A DNA stretch of 64,000 nucleotides, taken from a virus. Its lineage: Duplodnaviria; Caudoviricetes. The position numbers were made by a program, and so were the translations under genes. This document shows, one piece after another, positions 8,819 to 16,846 of the stretch; positions within the stretch are counted from its first letter, which is position 1, and every line of letters begins with the position of its first letter. The DNA lies in the IMG/VR virus record IMGVR_UViG_3300047561_001970, positions 1-64,000 of that record; one strand, 5' to 3'. The notes under the pieces were generated by a model that was given only the letters and a program-made list of their open reading frames with translations, was not told the origin of the DNA and did no database searches.

Positions 8819-9547
8819 GTGAATGTAAATATTCCAGATAAAAAACTCTTTATAAATGGCTTTCTTCAACCATTGAGTAAACTAAATGATAGCTGTGTGG
8901 TAACTCTGGATGGTGAGGGATTTTCAAGCTTGGTTTGTACCTCTGATACTTCAGTAATATTGCATTCGCAATACAAAGTTAATACTGATATTGATGTGCC
9001 TGTTTTTTTAAATATTTCGGATATTAAAAAGGTTATTAAAGCATTTGAATGTATTAGTACAGACAGTTTCACAATTGTTGTGGATAAGAATAATATCAAC
9101 TACAATGGTCCAGAGATACGCTTTAAGTATCACTTACTTGAGGATGGTATCATCACTGCACCCAAAGTGAATGTATCAAAAATAGCTAGTCTAAACTTCC
9201 CAATTGAGTTTACCATTCAATACAAATCACTCATTGAGCTGCTCAGAGGATCCACCTTTGCCTCAGAGAGCAACAAATTATATCTTTACTCAAAAGAGGG
9301 TAAGATTTTCGGTGATCTTACCGATCGAGCCCGGCATAATGTTGATAGTATCTCAATACCTCTCTGTGAGTACAAAGGTGAAGAATTAACAAATCTTTGC
9401 TTGAACTTTGAATTGATTAGAATAATTAGTAGTGTGAGAGTAAAGCAGTTAGAGTGTAAGATTAATCAAAAATTAGGTGTTGTCCTCTTTCAATTGATCG
9501 ATGGTCCTGTAAAAACTCGCTACATAGCGTCGTCTTTAATCAAATGA
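8819..9547 (+). CDS. gp45: Sliding clamp
   Basis: 242 aa with an alpha/beta two-domain pattern (FLNISDIKKVIKAF, RFKYHLLEDGIITAP, NFELIR, RYIASS); replication context. Confidence 0.75.
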   Translation: MNVNIPDKKLFINGFLQPLSKLNDSCVVTLDGEGFSSLVCTSDTSVILHSQYKVNTDIDVPVFLNISDIKKVIKAFECISTDSFTIVVDKNNINYNGPEIRFKYHLLEDGIITAPKVNVSKIASLNFPIEFTIQYKSLIELLRGSTFASESNKLYLYSKEGKIFGDLTDRARHNVDSISIPLCEYKGEELTNLCLNFELIRIISSVRVKQLECKINQKLGVVLFQLIDGPVKTRYIASSLIK

Positions 9548-9915
9548 GCTCAAAAAATAAAATAACAACTCCAGGTTACTTCATAAAGCGATTGCGTGAC
9601 AATGGGTTTATTGCATTAAAACTATTCAATGGGTTCGGGGAACACGACCCACGCAGATGGACTGTGCTAGTTAACCCTGGCACTACCAGCATGTTTATTA
9701 CATGCTTTCATAATAAGGAATTTATGAATGAAATAATGTTTGAGCTAAATGATGGTGGCTCAGCAGTTCCTCGCAATTTTAGTATCAAGACTGATAGCAT
9801 TGAAGTTATTATATCTTATTTGATTAGTAAAGGTGTCACAAATACACCTCAAAATTCCCCTTATTATGCTGAGCGCCCTAAATATAATAGTGGACCATCC
9901 CAAAAAGAACAATAA
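9544..9915 (+). CDS. Hypothetical protein
   Basis: 123 aa, ATGA-coupled to gp45. Confidence 0.7.
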   Translation: MSSKNKITTPGYFIKRLRDNGFIALKLFNGFGEHDPRRWTVLVNPGTTSMFITCFHNKEFMNEIMFELNDGGSAVPRNFSIKTDSIEVIISYLISKGVTNTPQNSPYYAERPKYNSGPSQKEQ

Positions 9916-10240
9916 GAAGGACCCTAAAAATATGAAGCCGATAGATCCAAATCTTCATAAGAACAAAGGTCAAGTGGAAGAATTGCTTCGTTCTGTTATG
10001 CAAGACTACATGATGCAACATGGTCAACTCAAAAGCGAAAAATCTAAGAATCTTCAGAATCTAACAAGCCTAATATCTGAGTATTTGAGTGCCTTTATTG
10101 TATTGGGGTATGATATTAATGGTGCCCCGGTCAATCTAATTCATGCAAAAAATCAAATGGATGCAGATGCTTTGTCAGCAGCAATAAATCGCTTTATTTT
10201 TCATGTGGCAAGTAACCCGGATAGTGTTGACGATAAATGA
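9890..10240 (+). CDS. Hypothetical protein
   Basis: Start uncertain: GTG 9890 lies 5 nt after CTAAATA (9878-9884); ATG 9932 is the alternative. ATGA-coupled to the next gene. Confidence 0.65.
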   Translation: MDHPKKNNKKDPKNMKPIDPNLHKNKGQVEELLRSVMQDYMMQHGQLKSEKSKNLQNLTSLISEYLSAFIVLGYDINGAPVNLIHAKNQMDADALSAAINRFIFHVASNPDSVDDK

Positions 10241-11109
10241 AGTCAATTTTATTGTTAGGGAAGGGCTACATTGGTACAAGCTTAGAGCAAGCGCTGCTAC
10301 GTAATAATGTTAAGGTAGATTCTTTTAGCAAAGACCAGCTGGATTATACATCACCAGTAATCTTGCAAAAATATTTAAAAGATCATTTAAATGAATATGA
10401 AGCTGTAATCAACTGTTCAGGTTATACTGGGTCACCAAATGTGGATGCATGTGAGAAAAATAAACAAGCATGCTGGTTTTGGAATGTCATAGTTCCAAGA
10501 AACATTGTACTATCAAGTAATGCGTTTGCTATTCCAACGATTCAAGTTAGTAGTGGCTGCATTTACAATGGGTATGAGAAAGAATTTACTGAAGATGATG
10601 AGCCTAATTTTGGTCTTTTCAATGATACCAGTAGCTTTTATAGCAAGAGTAAGCATGCATGTGAAACAATTTTTCAAAATTGTTATGGTTATATTCTACG
10701 CATCAGAATGCCTTTTGATGGCTCATTAGCATCTAAAAACTATCTCAATAAACTCCACAAATATGGCAAACTTATAAGCATGAAAAATAGCTTAACTAGT
10801 ACAAATGATTTGAATGACTTTATTTGTAAGTTCCTCTATATCTACACACAAATTCCATCAGGCCCTATTAACGTAGTTAATCCTGGAGCGTTTAATGCAG
10901 AGGAGATAACCAACCTACTGAGGAAGTATGATGTAGTAAATCCTGATTGGCAGTTCATTGATATCAAGGAACTCAATACAGTTGCGAACAGAAGCAATTG
11001 TGTGTTGAGTACAGAAAAATTACGCAGCTATAATCTAGAATTGCCAACAGCCATAACATCACTTGAGCGAGATATTTCGCTTTTTGCAAGAAATGTTCTT
11101 TCGAAATAA
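10237..11109 (+). CDS. NAD(P)-dependent NDP-sugar epimerase/reductase (RmlD / NDP-rhamnose synthase-like SDR)
   Basis: LLLGKGYIG, VINCSGYTGSPNVDACE, SSGCIY, YSKSK catalytic YxxxK, LRIRMP, RSNCVLST. Confidence 0.9.
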   Translation: MKSILLLGKGYIGTSLEQALLRNNVKVDSFSKDQLDYTSPVILQKYLKDHLNEYEAVINCSGYTGSPNVDACEKNKQACWFWNVIVPRNIVLSSNAFAIPTIQVSSGCIYNGYEKEFTEDDEPNFGLFNDTSSFYSKSKHACETIFQNCYGYILRIRMPFDGSLASKNYLNKLHKYGKLISMKNSLTSTNDLNDFICKFLYIYTQIPSGPINVVNPGAFNAEEITNLLRKYDVVNPDWQFIDIKELNTVANRSNCVLSTEKLRSYNLELPTAITSLERDISLFARNVLSK

Positions 11110-11401
11110 GTCAAAACCACGCAAGAGAGATATTTTTGCCGTTACCACAGGCGATTATATTGGCGAGTTCTTTGTATATACAGAAGAGCAGAATGAGATA
11201 TACATGTTCTTGAGTTTACCAAAAATGCATATCAGAGAAGTGCCTGTAAAAGTATTCCAGTCAAGCATAAAATCTAAGATTTTATCCCTAGTGGAGCAGC
11301 TACCTTCTGATATCTATACAGTTTGCATTGAACAATATAAAAAGATTAGGTCTCAGAAGCGTTCAACATCTGTTGATAAGGCAGTGGTAGAGAATAAATA
11401 A
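11093..11401 (+). CDS. Hypothetical protein
   Basis: About 102 aa; ATG 11093 preferred over TTG 11063. Confidence 0.65.
   Translation: MFFRNKSKPRKRDIFAVTTGDYIGEFFVYTEEQNEIYMFLSLPKMHIREVPVKVFQSSIKSKILSLVEQLPSDIYTVCIEQYKKIRSQKRSTSVDKAVVENK
11393..11400 (+). promoter_or_regulatory. T4-type late promoter
   Basis: AATAAATA, 4 nt before ATG 11405. Confidence 0.6.
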
Positions 11402-11404
11402 TGT

Positions 11405-11590
11405 ATGGATTTCGTAAGACCTTGCAAGATTGCTAGCCCCATAAGTGGCCAGCCTGTGGAACCTAGAATTATTGAACGTATCGTTGGCAATAAATTGCAT
11501 AAAGAAGCACACTGGATTGACCCTGCAAGTGGTGTCTTTATTCGCAAGGGATTAGTTAGTATTGAAGATATTAAGCCAAAAGATAATTGA
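11405..11590 (+). CDS. Small late protein, 61 aa
   Basis: Fills the intergenic space; late promoter at N4 spacing. Confidence 0.7.
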   Translation: MDFVRPCKIASPISGQPVEPRIIERIVGNKLHKEAHWIDPASGVFIRKGLVSIEDIKPKDN

Positions 11591-11614
11591 TATTATCAAT
11601 TATCCCTGTATACT
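11587..11614 (+). promoter_or_regulatory. sigma70-like promoter
   Basis: TTGATA-N16-TATACT, 6 nt before GTG 11621. Confidence 0.6.
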
Positions 11615-11620
11615 GTAGTA

Positions 11621-12661
11621 GTGCTACTGAACGAAGATTACATTGTTTCGAAATTTTACCAATACGCAGGTTACCCTAAATATAATAAGGTAACCAAGTC
11701 GTACAGTGGTGGCTGCCCTACATGCCGTGAAGGTCATTCATGGGGCAAAAAGAGACGGCTGTATTATATTATAAAAAAGAATCTGGTGTTCTGTCACAAT
11801 TGCGGATTGAGCGTGCGACCTGTCAGGTGGATTCAGACTGTGGCAAATCTTACATATGTTGAAATAATGCGTGAGAACAATCAGTTCTCTGTAACACCAG
11901 GTAATTACACCCAGGATCTAGTGCTTGATATCACAGCGCCTGTTGTTGAAAATGTTATTAGTGTACTTCCTGAAGATAGTATCAATCTCTCAGATAGTAT
12001 ACAAATACAATACCATAAAGATAATAGATATGTAAAAGCAGCACTACAGTTGCTAGTCACAAGACGTCTTGTCAATGCATGCAATAGACCTGAAACTTTC
12101 TGGATTAGTATTACAGACAAAATTCATAAAAACAGATTAATTATTCCTTTTTATGATACTGATGGCAAGATAGTACATTACCAGTCTCGTACCTTGATAG
12201 AGAATCATGCGCATCCTATGCCAAAATATCTTTCAAAGCAAAATAGTGAAAAAACTTTATTTGGTATTGATAGAGTAGATGTGAAGCGAAAAGCCATTTT
12301 CATTACAGAAGGCCCGTTAGATGCATGTTTTGTGAGAAATGGGGTAGCTGTTGCTGGTATTAATGAAGGCAGAGGATCTGTATTTACACAAAAACAAGAG
12401 AATCAATTAACACACTTCAATTTACTTAAAAAAATATGGATATTAGACAATCAGCGTGTTGATAGTGCTAGCAAAAAGAAGACTGCTTTCTTGCTCAAGC
12501 AAGGCCATCATGTATTTTTGTGGCCAAGTGAGCTGGGTAAATTAAAAGATCTTAATGATGTGTGCATCAAGCACAACATAACAGAGGTATCAGAAAAATT
12601 TATTCTTGAACACACCTACAATGGATTGAAGGGCAGTGTAATGCTTGCGCAAATAAATTAA
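11621..12661 (+). CDS. gp61: DNA primase
   Basis: Zn ribbon CPTC...CHNC, RLIIPFYD, PKYL, TOPRIM ITEGPLDA, LDN, KDLND. Confidence 0.95.
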   Translation: MLLNEDYIVSKFYQYAGYPKYNKVTKSYSGGCPTCREGHSWGKKRRLYYIIKKNLVFCHNCGLSVRPVRWIQTVANLTYVEIMRENNQFSVTPGNYTQDLVLDITAPVVENVISVLPEDSINLSDSIQIQYHKDNRYVKAALQLLVTRRLVNACNRPETFWISITDKIHKNRLIIPFYDTDGKIVHYQSRTLIENHAHPMPKYLSKQNSEKTLFGIDRVDVKRKAIFITEGPLDACFVRNGVAVAGINEGRGSVFTQKQENQLTHFNLLKKIWILDNQRVDSASKKKTAFLLKQGHHVFLWPSELGKLKDLNDVCIKHNITEVSEKFILEHTYNGLKGSVMLAQIN

Positions 12662-13077
12662 GACTCGTCGCCAGATATGAGATAGCCTTTTAACGATTCG
12701 TTAAAAGAACTTAACTCCATGGCAACCCGAGAAATTCTCTTTTTCTCACTTGTGGAAATACGCTCAAACAGAGTGTCACAGCTGCTATTAAAAAGTTGTG
12801 ATTGAACACTGGTGGGGGTGACACCATTTAAAAATTCTACAAATTCCGCCACTTTTTGAATCCATGTGCCAAGAATTTTCTTCTGTGCAGCGTTATGACC
12901 TGCTCGGGCCTGGTCAACACCTTGTGGTGCATTTGCATCAAGCGCTTTGGGATCGGTGGTTGGATCCAGTTGTTGCTGCATTGCTGCTTGCTCAGCTGCA
13001 GCAGTATCCGCTGTGACAGCGGCTTGATTTTCATCTGCTTCTAGAACGGCTAAAAACTCCTTTTGGAAAAGACTCAT
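12658..13077 (-). CDS. Hypothetical late protein (candidate internal head protein)
   Basis: 139 aa, begins MSLFQKEFLAVLE-A; late promoter at N4. Confidence 0.8.
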   Translation of the reverse strand: MSLFQKEFLAVLEADENQAAVTADTAAAEQAAMQQQLDPTTDPKALDANAPQGVDQARAGHNAAQKKILGTWIQKVAEFVEFLNGVTPTSVQSQLFNSSCDTLFERISTSEKKRISRVAMELSSFNESLKGYLISGDES

Positions 13078-13081
13078 ATTA

Positions 13082-13089
13082 TATTTATT
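13082..13089 (-). promoter_or_regulatory. T4-type late promoter
   Basis: AATAAATA, 4 nt before ATG 13077; a second CATAAATA at 13089-13096. Confidence 0.7.
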
Positions 13090-13116
13090 ATTTATGATAA
13101 TACTATTAGAGCTTTA

Positions 13117-13123
13117 TTAAATA
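13117..13123 (+). promoter_or_regulatory. T4-type late promoter (divergent partner)
   Basis: TTAAATA, 4 nt before GTG 13128. Confidence 0.6.
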
Positions 13124-13127
13124 ATAT

Positions 13128-13502
13128 GTGAGGAAAAGACCCAGCGTTTTAAGTGAAGATACAGAGAAATTATACAACAAATGGGTAAGTGGCATAGCCG
13201 CTCGTGATCTGCAACCTGAGGTCATTACGGTTGCGGATATTGTTAATAGATACAGGAATACCACAAATGCTCCAAAGAAATTACCGTTTCCTTTGGAATT
13301 TGCTTTGGATTATCTTGGGGATATTTTTATTAAATGTGCTGACTTTAGACGTCAACTGCAAAATAGTCTGGTAAACCCTGTTGTCAAGGATAATGCAGAG
13401 GGCATGAAGGCTATTAGAGAGATTAACAAAAAATTGGAAGCCATACAAGATACTATATTTTCATGTACAGAGCAGCTCAACAAAATAGTTGAAAAAGAGT
13501 AA
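13128..13502 (+). CDS. Hypothetical late protein
   Basis: 124 aa, helical. Confidence 0.75.
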   Translation: MRKRPSVLSEDTEKLYNKWVSGIAARDLQPEVITVADIVNRYRNTTNAPKKLPFPLEFALDYLGDIFIKCADFRRQLQNSLVNPVVKDNAEGMKAIREINKKLEAIQDTIFSCTEQLNKIVEKE

Positions 13503-13516
13503 GTGTCGTATATTAT
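13489..13516 (+). promoter_or_regulatory. sigma70-like promoter
   Basis: TTGAAA-N16-TATTAT, 6 nt before ATG 13523. Confidence 0.5.
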
Positions 13517-13522
13517 TAATAC

Positions 13523-13951
13523 ATGTTTACTAGGCTCTTATCGAGTTTTGGTCTTACACTTCTGGTTGGCAGTGTGCTTGCCTGGCCATTCACTTTCTTG
13601 CATGTTAATTTCTTGAGTGCATTAGGGTTTTTTGCTGCGTTGCAGTTTGTCTGTTTTTACTTCTATAGAGATTATACAGAAAAGAAGTTAGCTATTGAAG
13701 AGGAAAGGTTAATTGTGGAGCGTGAAGCTGAGTTGAGTAAGCAAGGTTCAACAGTTACATGTCCTTGTGACCGTGGTGTGAAATGCTTTGTGCCCGTCTT
13801 GCTGAATGAGCGTAATGAGTACAACTGCCCAGGTTGCAATAAAACAATCAATGTGCTTGTTAAGCTGAAGACAGTGCTGTCCACCATACCAATAACCACT
13901 GATCCTCAGGTGATTTTGCAACAAGTGGAAGATACAGGAGGGGAAGTGTAA
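13523..13951 (+). CDS. Membrane protein: 2 TM helices, coiled coil, Cys4 Zn ribbon
   Basis: Two hydrophobic N-terminal segments; EEERLIVEREAEL; CPC-x4-C...CPGC. Confidence 0.8.
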   Translation: MFTRLLSSFGLTLLVGSVLAWPFTFLHVNFLSALGFFAALQFVCFYFYRDYTEKKLAIEEERLIVEREAELSKQGSTVTCPCDRGVKCFVPVLLNERNEYNCPGCNKTINVLVKLKTVLSTIPITTDPQVILQQVEDTGGEV

Positions 13952-14340
13952 TGGAATATGTAGAAGTGCCTGCTAGTCAGATTATGCCTGTGTCTGGGTA
14001 CGATGCACCCATGAGTCTTAATAACATCAAGTCTGAGGCAAATGACTTTTTCTTCGCAAAAGGTCAAGTACCTTATAAAATATATAAAAATGCTATTGCA
14101 AGCTCCACAGGTCTCAACAAAACTACAGCAGAGTTTGTTGAAAACTTTTTCGATGTGTTGGAGTCCTCGTTGAGGCTACAGTTGAAAGAAAAGAATAATC
14201 TGGACAAGGCACTTCTCATAAAAGATGCTTTTGATGTGCTGAGAAGCACCTTCAAGCTGCTCTATAGAAGCGGCGTAGAGTTTGACACACTCACATTTTA
14301 CAGCACTCTCATTGGATTCATACTTGGCAAGATGCGCTAA
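13951..14340 (+). CDS. Hypothetical protein
   Basis: 129 aa, TAATG-coupled. Confidence 0.7.
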   Translation: MEYVEVPASQIMPVSGYDAPMSLNNIKSEANDFFFAKGQVPYKIYKNAIASSTGLNKTTAEFVENFFDVLESSLRLQLKEKNNLDKALLIKDAFDVLRSTFKLLYRSGVEFDTLTFYSTLIGFILGKMR

Positions 14341-14349
14341 ACAAAGTGC

Positions 14350-14378
14350 TTGAACAAGCATAGTATTTCTTGTATCAT
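14350..14378 (+). promoter_or_regulatory. sigma70-like promoter
   Basis: TTGAAC-N17-TATCAT, 6 nt before ATG 14385. Confidence 0.6.
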
Positions 14379-14384
14379 CTGTAA

Positions 14385-14726
14385 ATGAACGAAGAACATA
14401 TTACAGTTGTTGGAAATAAAACGCATAATCTAAAAAAAGACGAATACGCCAGATGGCTCTGTTTGATTGAGGCCATTGATGTTGTGGAGCGTAGAGCTGC
14501 AGAGATTAAAGCAGACATGATATCGGATGACTTTTGGGTTAAACCATTAGCCTTTCAGAAGTATATTGAGCAGCGTTTGGAAACCATGTTGTTGGATATT
14601 GAGCGTGAGGAGTTCAAGAAAGATATCATTGCAACATGTATTCCAAAGTTTGTCGATAAGGACGAGGTCGAGGAAGTTGAAGAAGAAGTGCCTGAAGCTG
14701 AATTGCAAGAGCTTATCAAGTCTTAA
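14385..14726 (+). CDS. Hypothetical protein (weak resemblance to late co-activator gp33)
   Basis: 113 aa with an acidic tail. LIEAI...VKPLAFQKYIEQ only loosely recalls gp33; that resemblance is inference. Confidence 0.65.
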   Translation: MNEEHITVVGNKTHNLKKDEYARWLCLIEAIDVVERRAAEIKADMISDDFWVKPLAFQKYIEQRLETMLLDIEREEFKKDIIATCIPKFVDKDEVEEVEEEVPEAELQELIKS

Positions 14727-15478
14727 TAGTATCCACCGTATTCAAGATTATTATTCTGACTCATGTCAAATACTTTGGTCTTACTGACAGTATTTGGATC
14801 ATAAGGATATGCACTTCCACGTGGTGTTAGTGTGCCTGCATTGTCAAATGCAGCACTAATTGTGCCATACTGCGTGCTGTCCTGCACTTGTGTGCTTCCT
14901 CTTTCTGGAGGAATGTTGGGTTCAAAGGAATAATCGAAACGCTTAGCTTTCAACATCCAAACATAGTGCCCCATCAACGGATTGATGGCAGAATTGTCTT
15001 CATCCACACGCTCAGTTATTTCAAAGAGCTTGCCATCACGTTCACCAGGTCTGTCACTACCATATTCTTTTAATTTAAAGACATCACCAGATTTGGGCTC
15101 TATCTCTGGTGGATATACTGCATAAAATGAACTTATATGCACATAGGCTGTTATTTGATCATCACTTTGAAATCCAAATTTGCTCAACACAAGAGCGTTT
15201 TCGGTTAACCTAACTAACATCACAAATTCTTTGGGTTCTTCAAATTTAGCCAAAGGTTGTTCACCATATATATTGTCTGCGCACAAAGTGCTGTATGTAT
15301 TCCTATAGTAGGCAATCTTTTGACCGAATAAATCTATTTGTTCTCGCCAATAATTACTAAACAATTGTCGTTCATTTTGATTATTCTCTTTATCCGTGAA
15401 TCGCAGGGTACTAGTTGTGTATTCCAGAGGGTATTTGCGTATGCAGTTAACACCAGTGTACTTGTCTACACTGTTCAT
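14723..15478 (-). CDS. gp14: Neck protein
   Basis: EQIDLFGQKIAYY, IYGEQPLAKF, LSKFGFQSDDQIT, PKSGDV, LFEIT, GHYVWMLKAKRFDYSFE. Confidence 0.85.
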   Translation of the reverse strand: MNSVDKYTGVNCIRKYPLEYTTSTLRFTDKENNQNERQLFSNYWREQIDLFGQKIAYYRNTYSTLCADNIYGEQPLAKFEEPKEFVMLVRLTENALVLSKFGFQSDDQITAYVHISSFYAVYPPEIEPKSGDVFKLKEYGSDRPGERDGKLFEITERVDEDNSAINPLMGHYVWMLKAKRFDYSFEPNIPPERGSTQVQDSTQYGTISAAFDNAGTLTPRGSAYPYDPNTVSKTKVFDMSQNNNLEYGGYY

Positions 15479-15870
15479 TGTAGGACATAACCCCGCACAT
15501 TAGGGTCAAAGCGTAGAACTTTGCCAGTGTTGCCTAAATTCTTGGATTGTTGTGCATTAAGTCGAGAGATGCCATACTTCTTACAAATTTGTTGTATTTC
15601 GTCTTCGGATAGCTTCTTGCCACTCATGTTACTCACAGCCTGTATGGCAGTATGATCCGCTTTGTGCACATCTGGAACAGTTTGAGCATGCTTTCTGAAT
15701 TTGGGATCTTTGATAACCTTTCGGTGCCGCTCTGTTGGTTTGTCTGGATTGACTTTGGGGAAGATGGCACCAGAATAATGTAGCTGCCCTATACCAGTGT
15801 TCCATGTTGTGGCAGAATTAATTAAATCCTCTTGAAGAGCCTGCAGAAACGCTTCCTTAAAGATACTCAC
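15475..15870 (-). CDS. Hypothetical late protein (candidate internal head protein)
   Basis: 131 aa, begins MSIFKEAFLQALQE-D, basic C-terminal half. Confidence 0.8.
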   Translation of the reverse strand: MSIFKEAFLQALQEDLINSATTWNTGIGQLHYSGAIFPKVNPDKPTERHRKVIKDPKFRKHAQTVPDVHKADHTAIQAVSNMSGKKLSEDEIQQICKKYGISRLNAQQSKNLGNTGKVLRFDPNVRGYVLQ

Positions 15871-15874
15871 TTAT

Positions 15875-15882
15875 TATTTATA
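15875..15882 (-). promoter_or_regulatory. T4-type late promoter
   Basis: TATAAATA, 4 nt before GTG 15870. Confidence 0.8.
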
Positions 15883-15884
15883 AT

Positions 15885-15913
15885 AAAAAAGCCGTCATAA
15901 AGACGGCTTTTTT
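15885..15913. terminator. Rho-independent terminator (bidirectional form)
   Basis: AAAAAA-GCCGTC-ATAAA-GACGGC-TTTTTT, downstream of the 15936-16817 gene. Confidence 0.85.
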
Positions 15914-15935
15914 ATTTTTTAAATGTTATTGTTGG

Positions 15936-16817
15936 TTATTTAAAAAAGTCACCAGCTTTGTAGCCAGGTGCATTAACTTTATTGGCAGTCTTGGCAGTTA
16001 ATGAGAGACCTTTTGCATCAGCAACAGGTGTCCCGCTACCATCAACTTCATTGCCAACGGTGCCAGAAGCTTTGGAGCCTTTGGCATGGCCTGTCTTTGT
16101 TCCAACTGTGGGAACGCCGCCCTTCTTCTGTAGGGATTGTCCAGCAGAGGCAGGCACCTCTTTAATATCAACACCTTCACCAGCTACCTCTGTTGGAATC
16201 TCTTCCATTTCAGCAGCAGCTTCATCATCAGCGATTTCATCATCAGCGATTTCATCATCAGCAGCTTCATCAGAACCAAGAACACTCATCAAAGCATCAT
16301 GTAGCTTTTGTGCAACATCTTTATCAAGCTTCACTGTGATGGTGTCTTCAATACCACTGCTAAGATCTAGATCCTTTGCATCGGCGGCCTCTCCTTCAGG
16401 GCCAGCTTGAATGCCGACATCGAGCTTGTCGTCACCCATTACATCTTCATATAATTTATCAAAAATTGATTTCATACTATTATTTATATTCTCTTGGTTT
16501 AATTTTTTTGTGTTATCAGAAAATTTTTGTGGCTGATAATGATTATCCTCTTTGGCCGTCTTTGGATCAATGATTTCCTTCTTAACCCCAAGTTTAGCCT
16601 CAGGACCCGAATCCTTATGTACAAAGGCATTCTTGTCAGAACCTTTGGAAGTAATCTTTTTTACGTCTATCTTCTTATCAGTGGCACAAGGAAATGTATC
16701 TAGCTTCCTAACTGCCTTCTCTTCAACCACTTCCACTTGCTCCAGTGCAGGTGTATTACGTTTTAATACTTGTTCATATACCAGGCCAATATCTTTGATT
16801 GAATTTACTCTTGTCAT
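15936..16817 (-). CDS. Acidic/low-complexity late protein (possible prohead core or internal protein)
   Basis: Start reassigned to ATG 16817 (MTRVNS), 5 nt after TATAAATA. D/E-rich ADDEI repeats; G/K-rich tail. Confidence 0.8.
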   Translation of the reverse strand: MTRVNSIKDIGLVYEQVLKRNTPALEQVEVVEEKAVRKLDTFPCATDKKIDVKKITSKGSDKNAFVHKDSGPEAKLGVKKEIIDPKTAKEDNHYQPQKFSDNTKKLNQENINNSMKSIFDKLYEDVMGDDKLDVGIQAGPEGEAADAKDLDLSSGIEDTITVKLDKDVAQKLHDALMSVLGSDEAADDEIADDEIADDEAAAEMEEIPTEVAGEGVDIKEVPASAGQSLQKKGGVPTVGTKTGHAKGSKASGTVGNEVDGSGTPVADAKGLSLTAKTANKVNAPGYKAGDFFK

Positions 16818-16822
16818 ATATC

Positions 16823-16830
16823 TATTTATA
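16823..16830 (-). promoter_or_regulatory. T4-type late promoter
   Basis: TATAAATA. Confidence 0.8.
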
Positions 16831-16833
16831 CAT

Positions 16834-16840
16834 CTAAATA
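16834..16840 (+). promoter_or_regulatory. T4-type late promoter (divergent partner)
   Basis: CTAAATA, 6 nt before terminase ATG 16847. Confidence 0.6.
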
Positions 16841-16846
16841 ACATAA

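Noticed and set aside
16221-16265. 15-nt tandem repeat (ADDEI x2-3)
   Set aside because: Simple coding micro-duplication in an acidic linker; no sign of a separate function.
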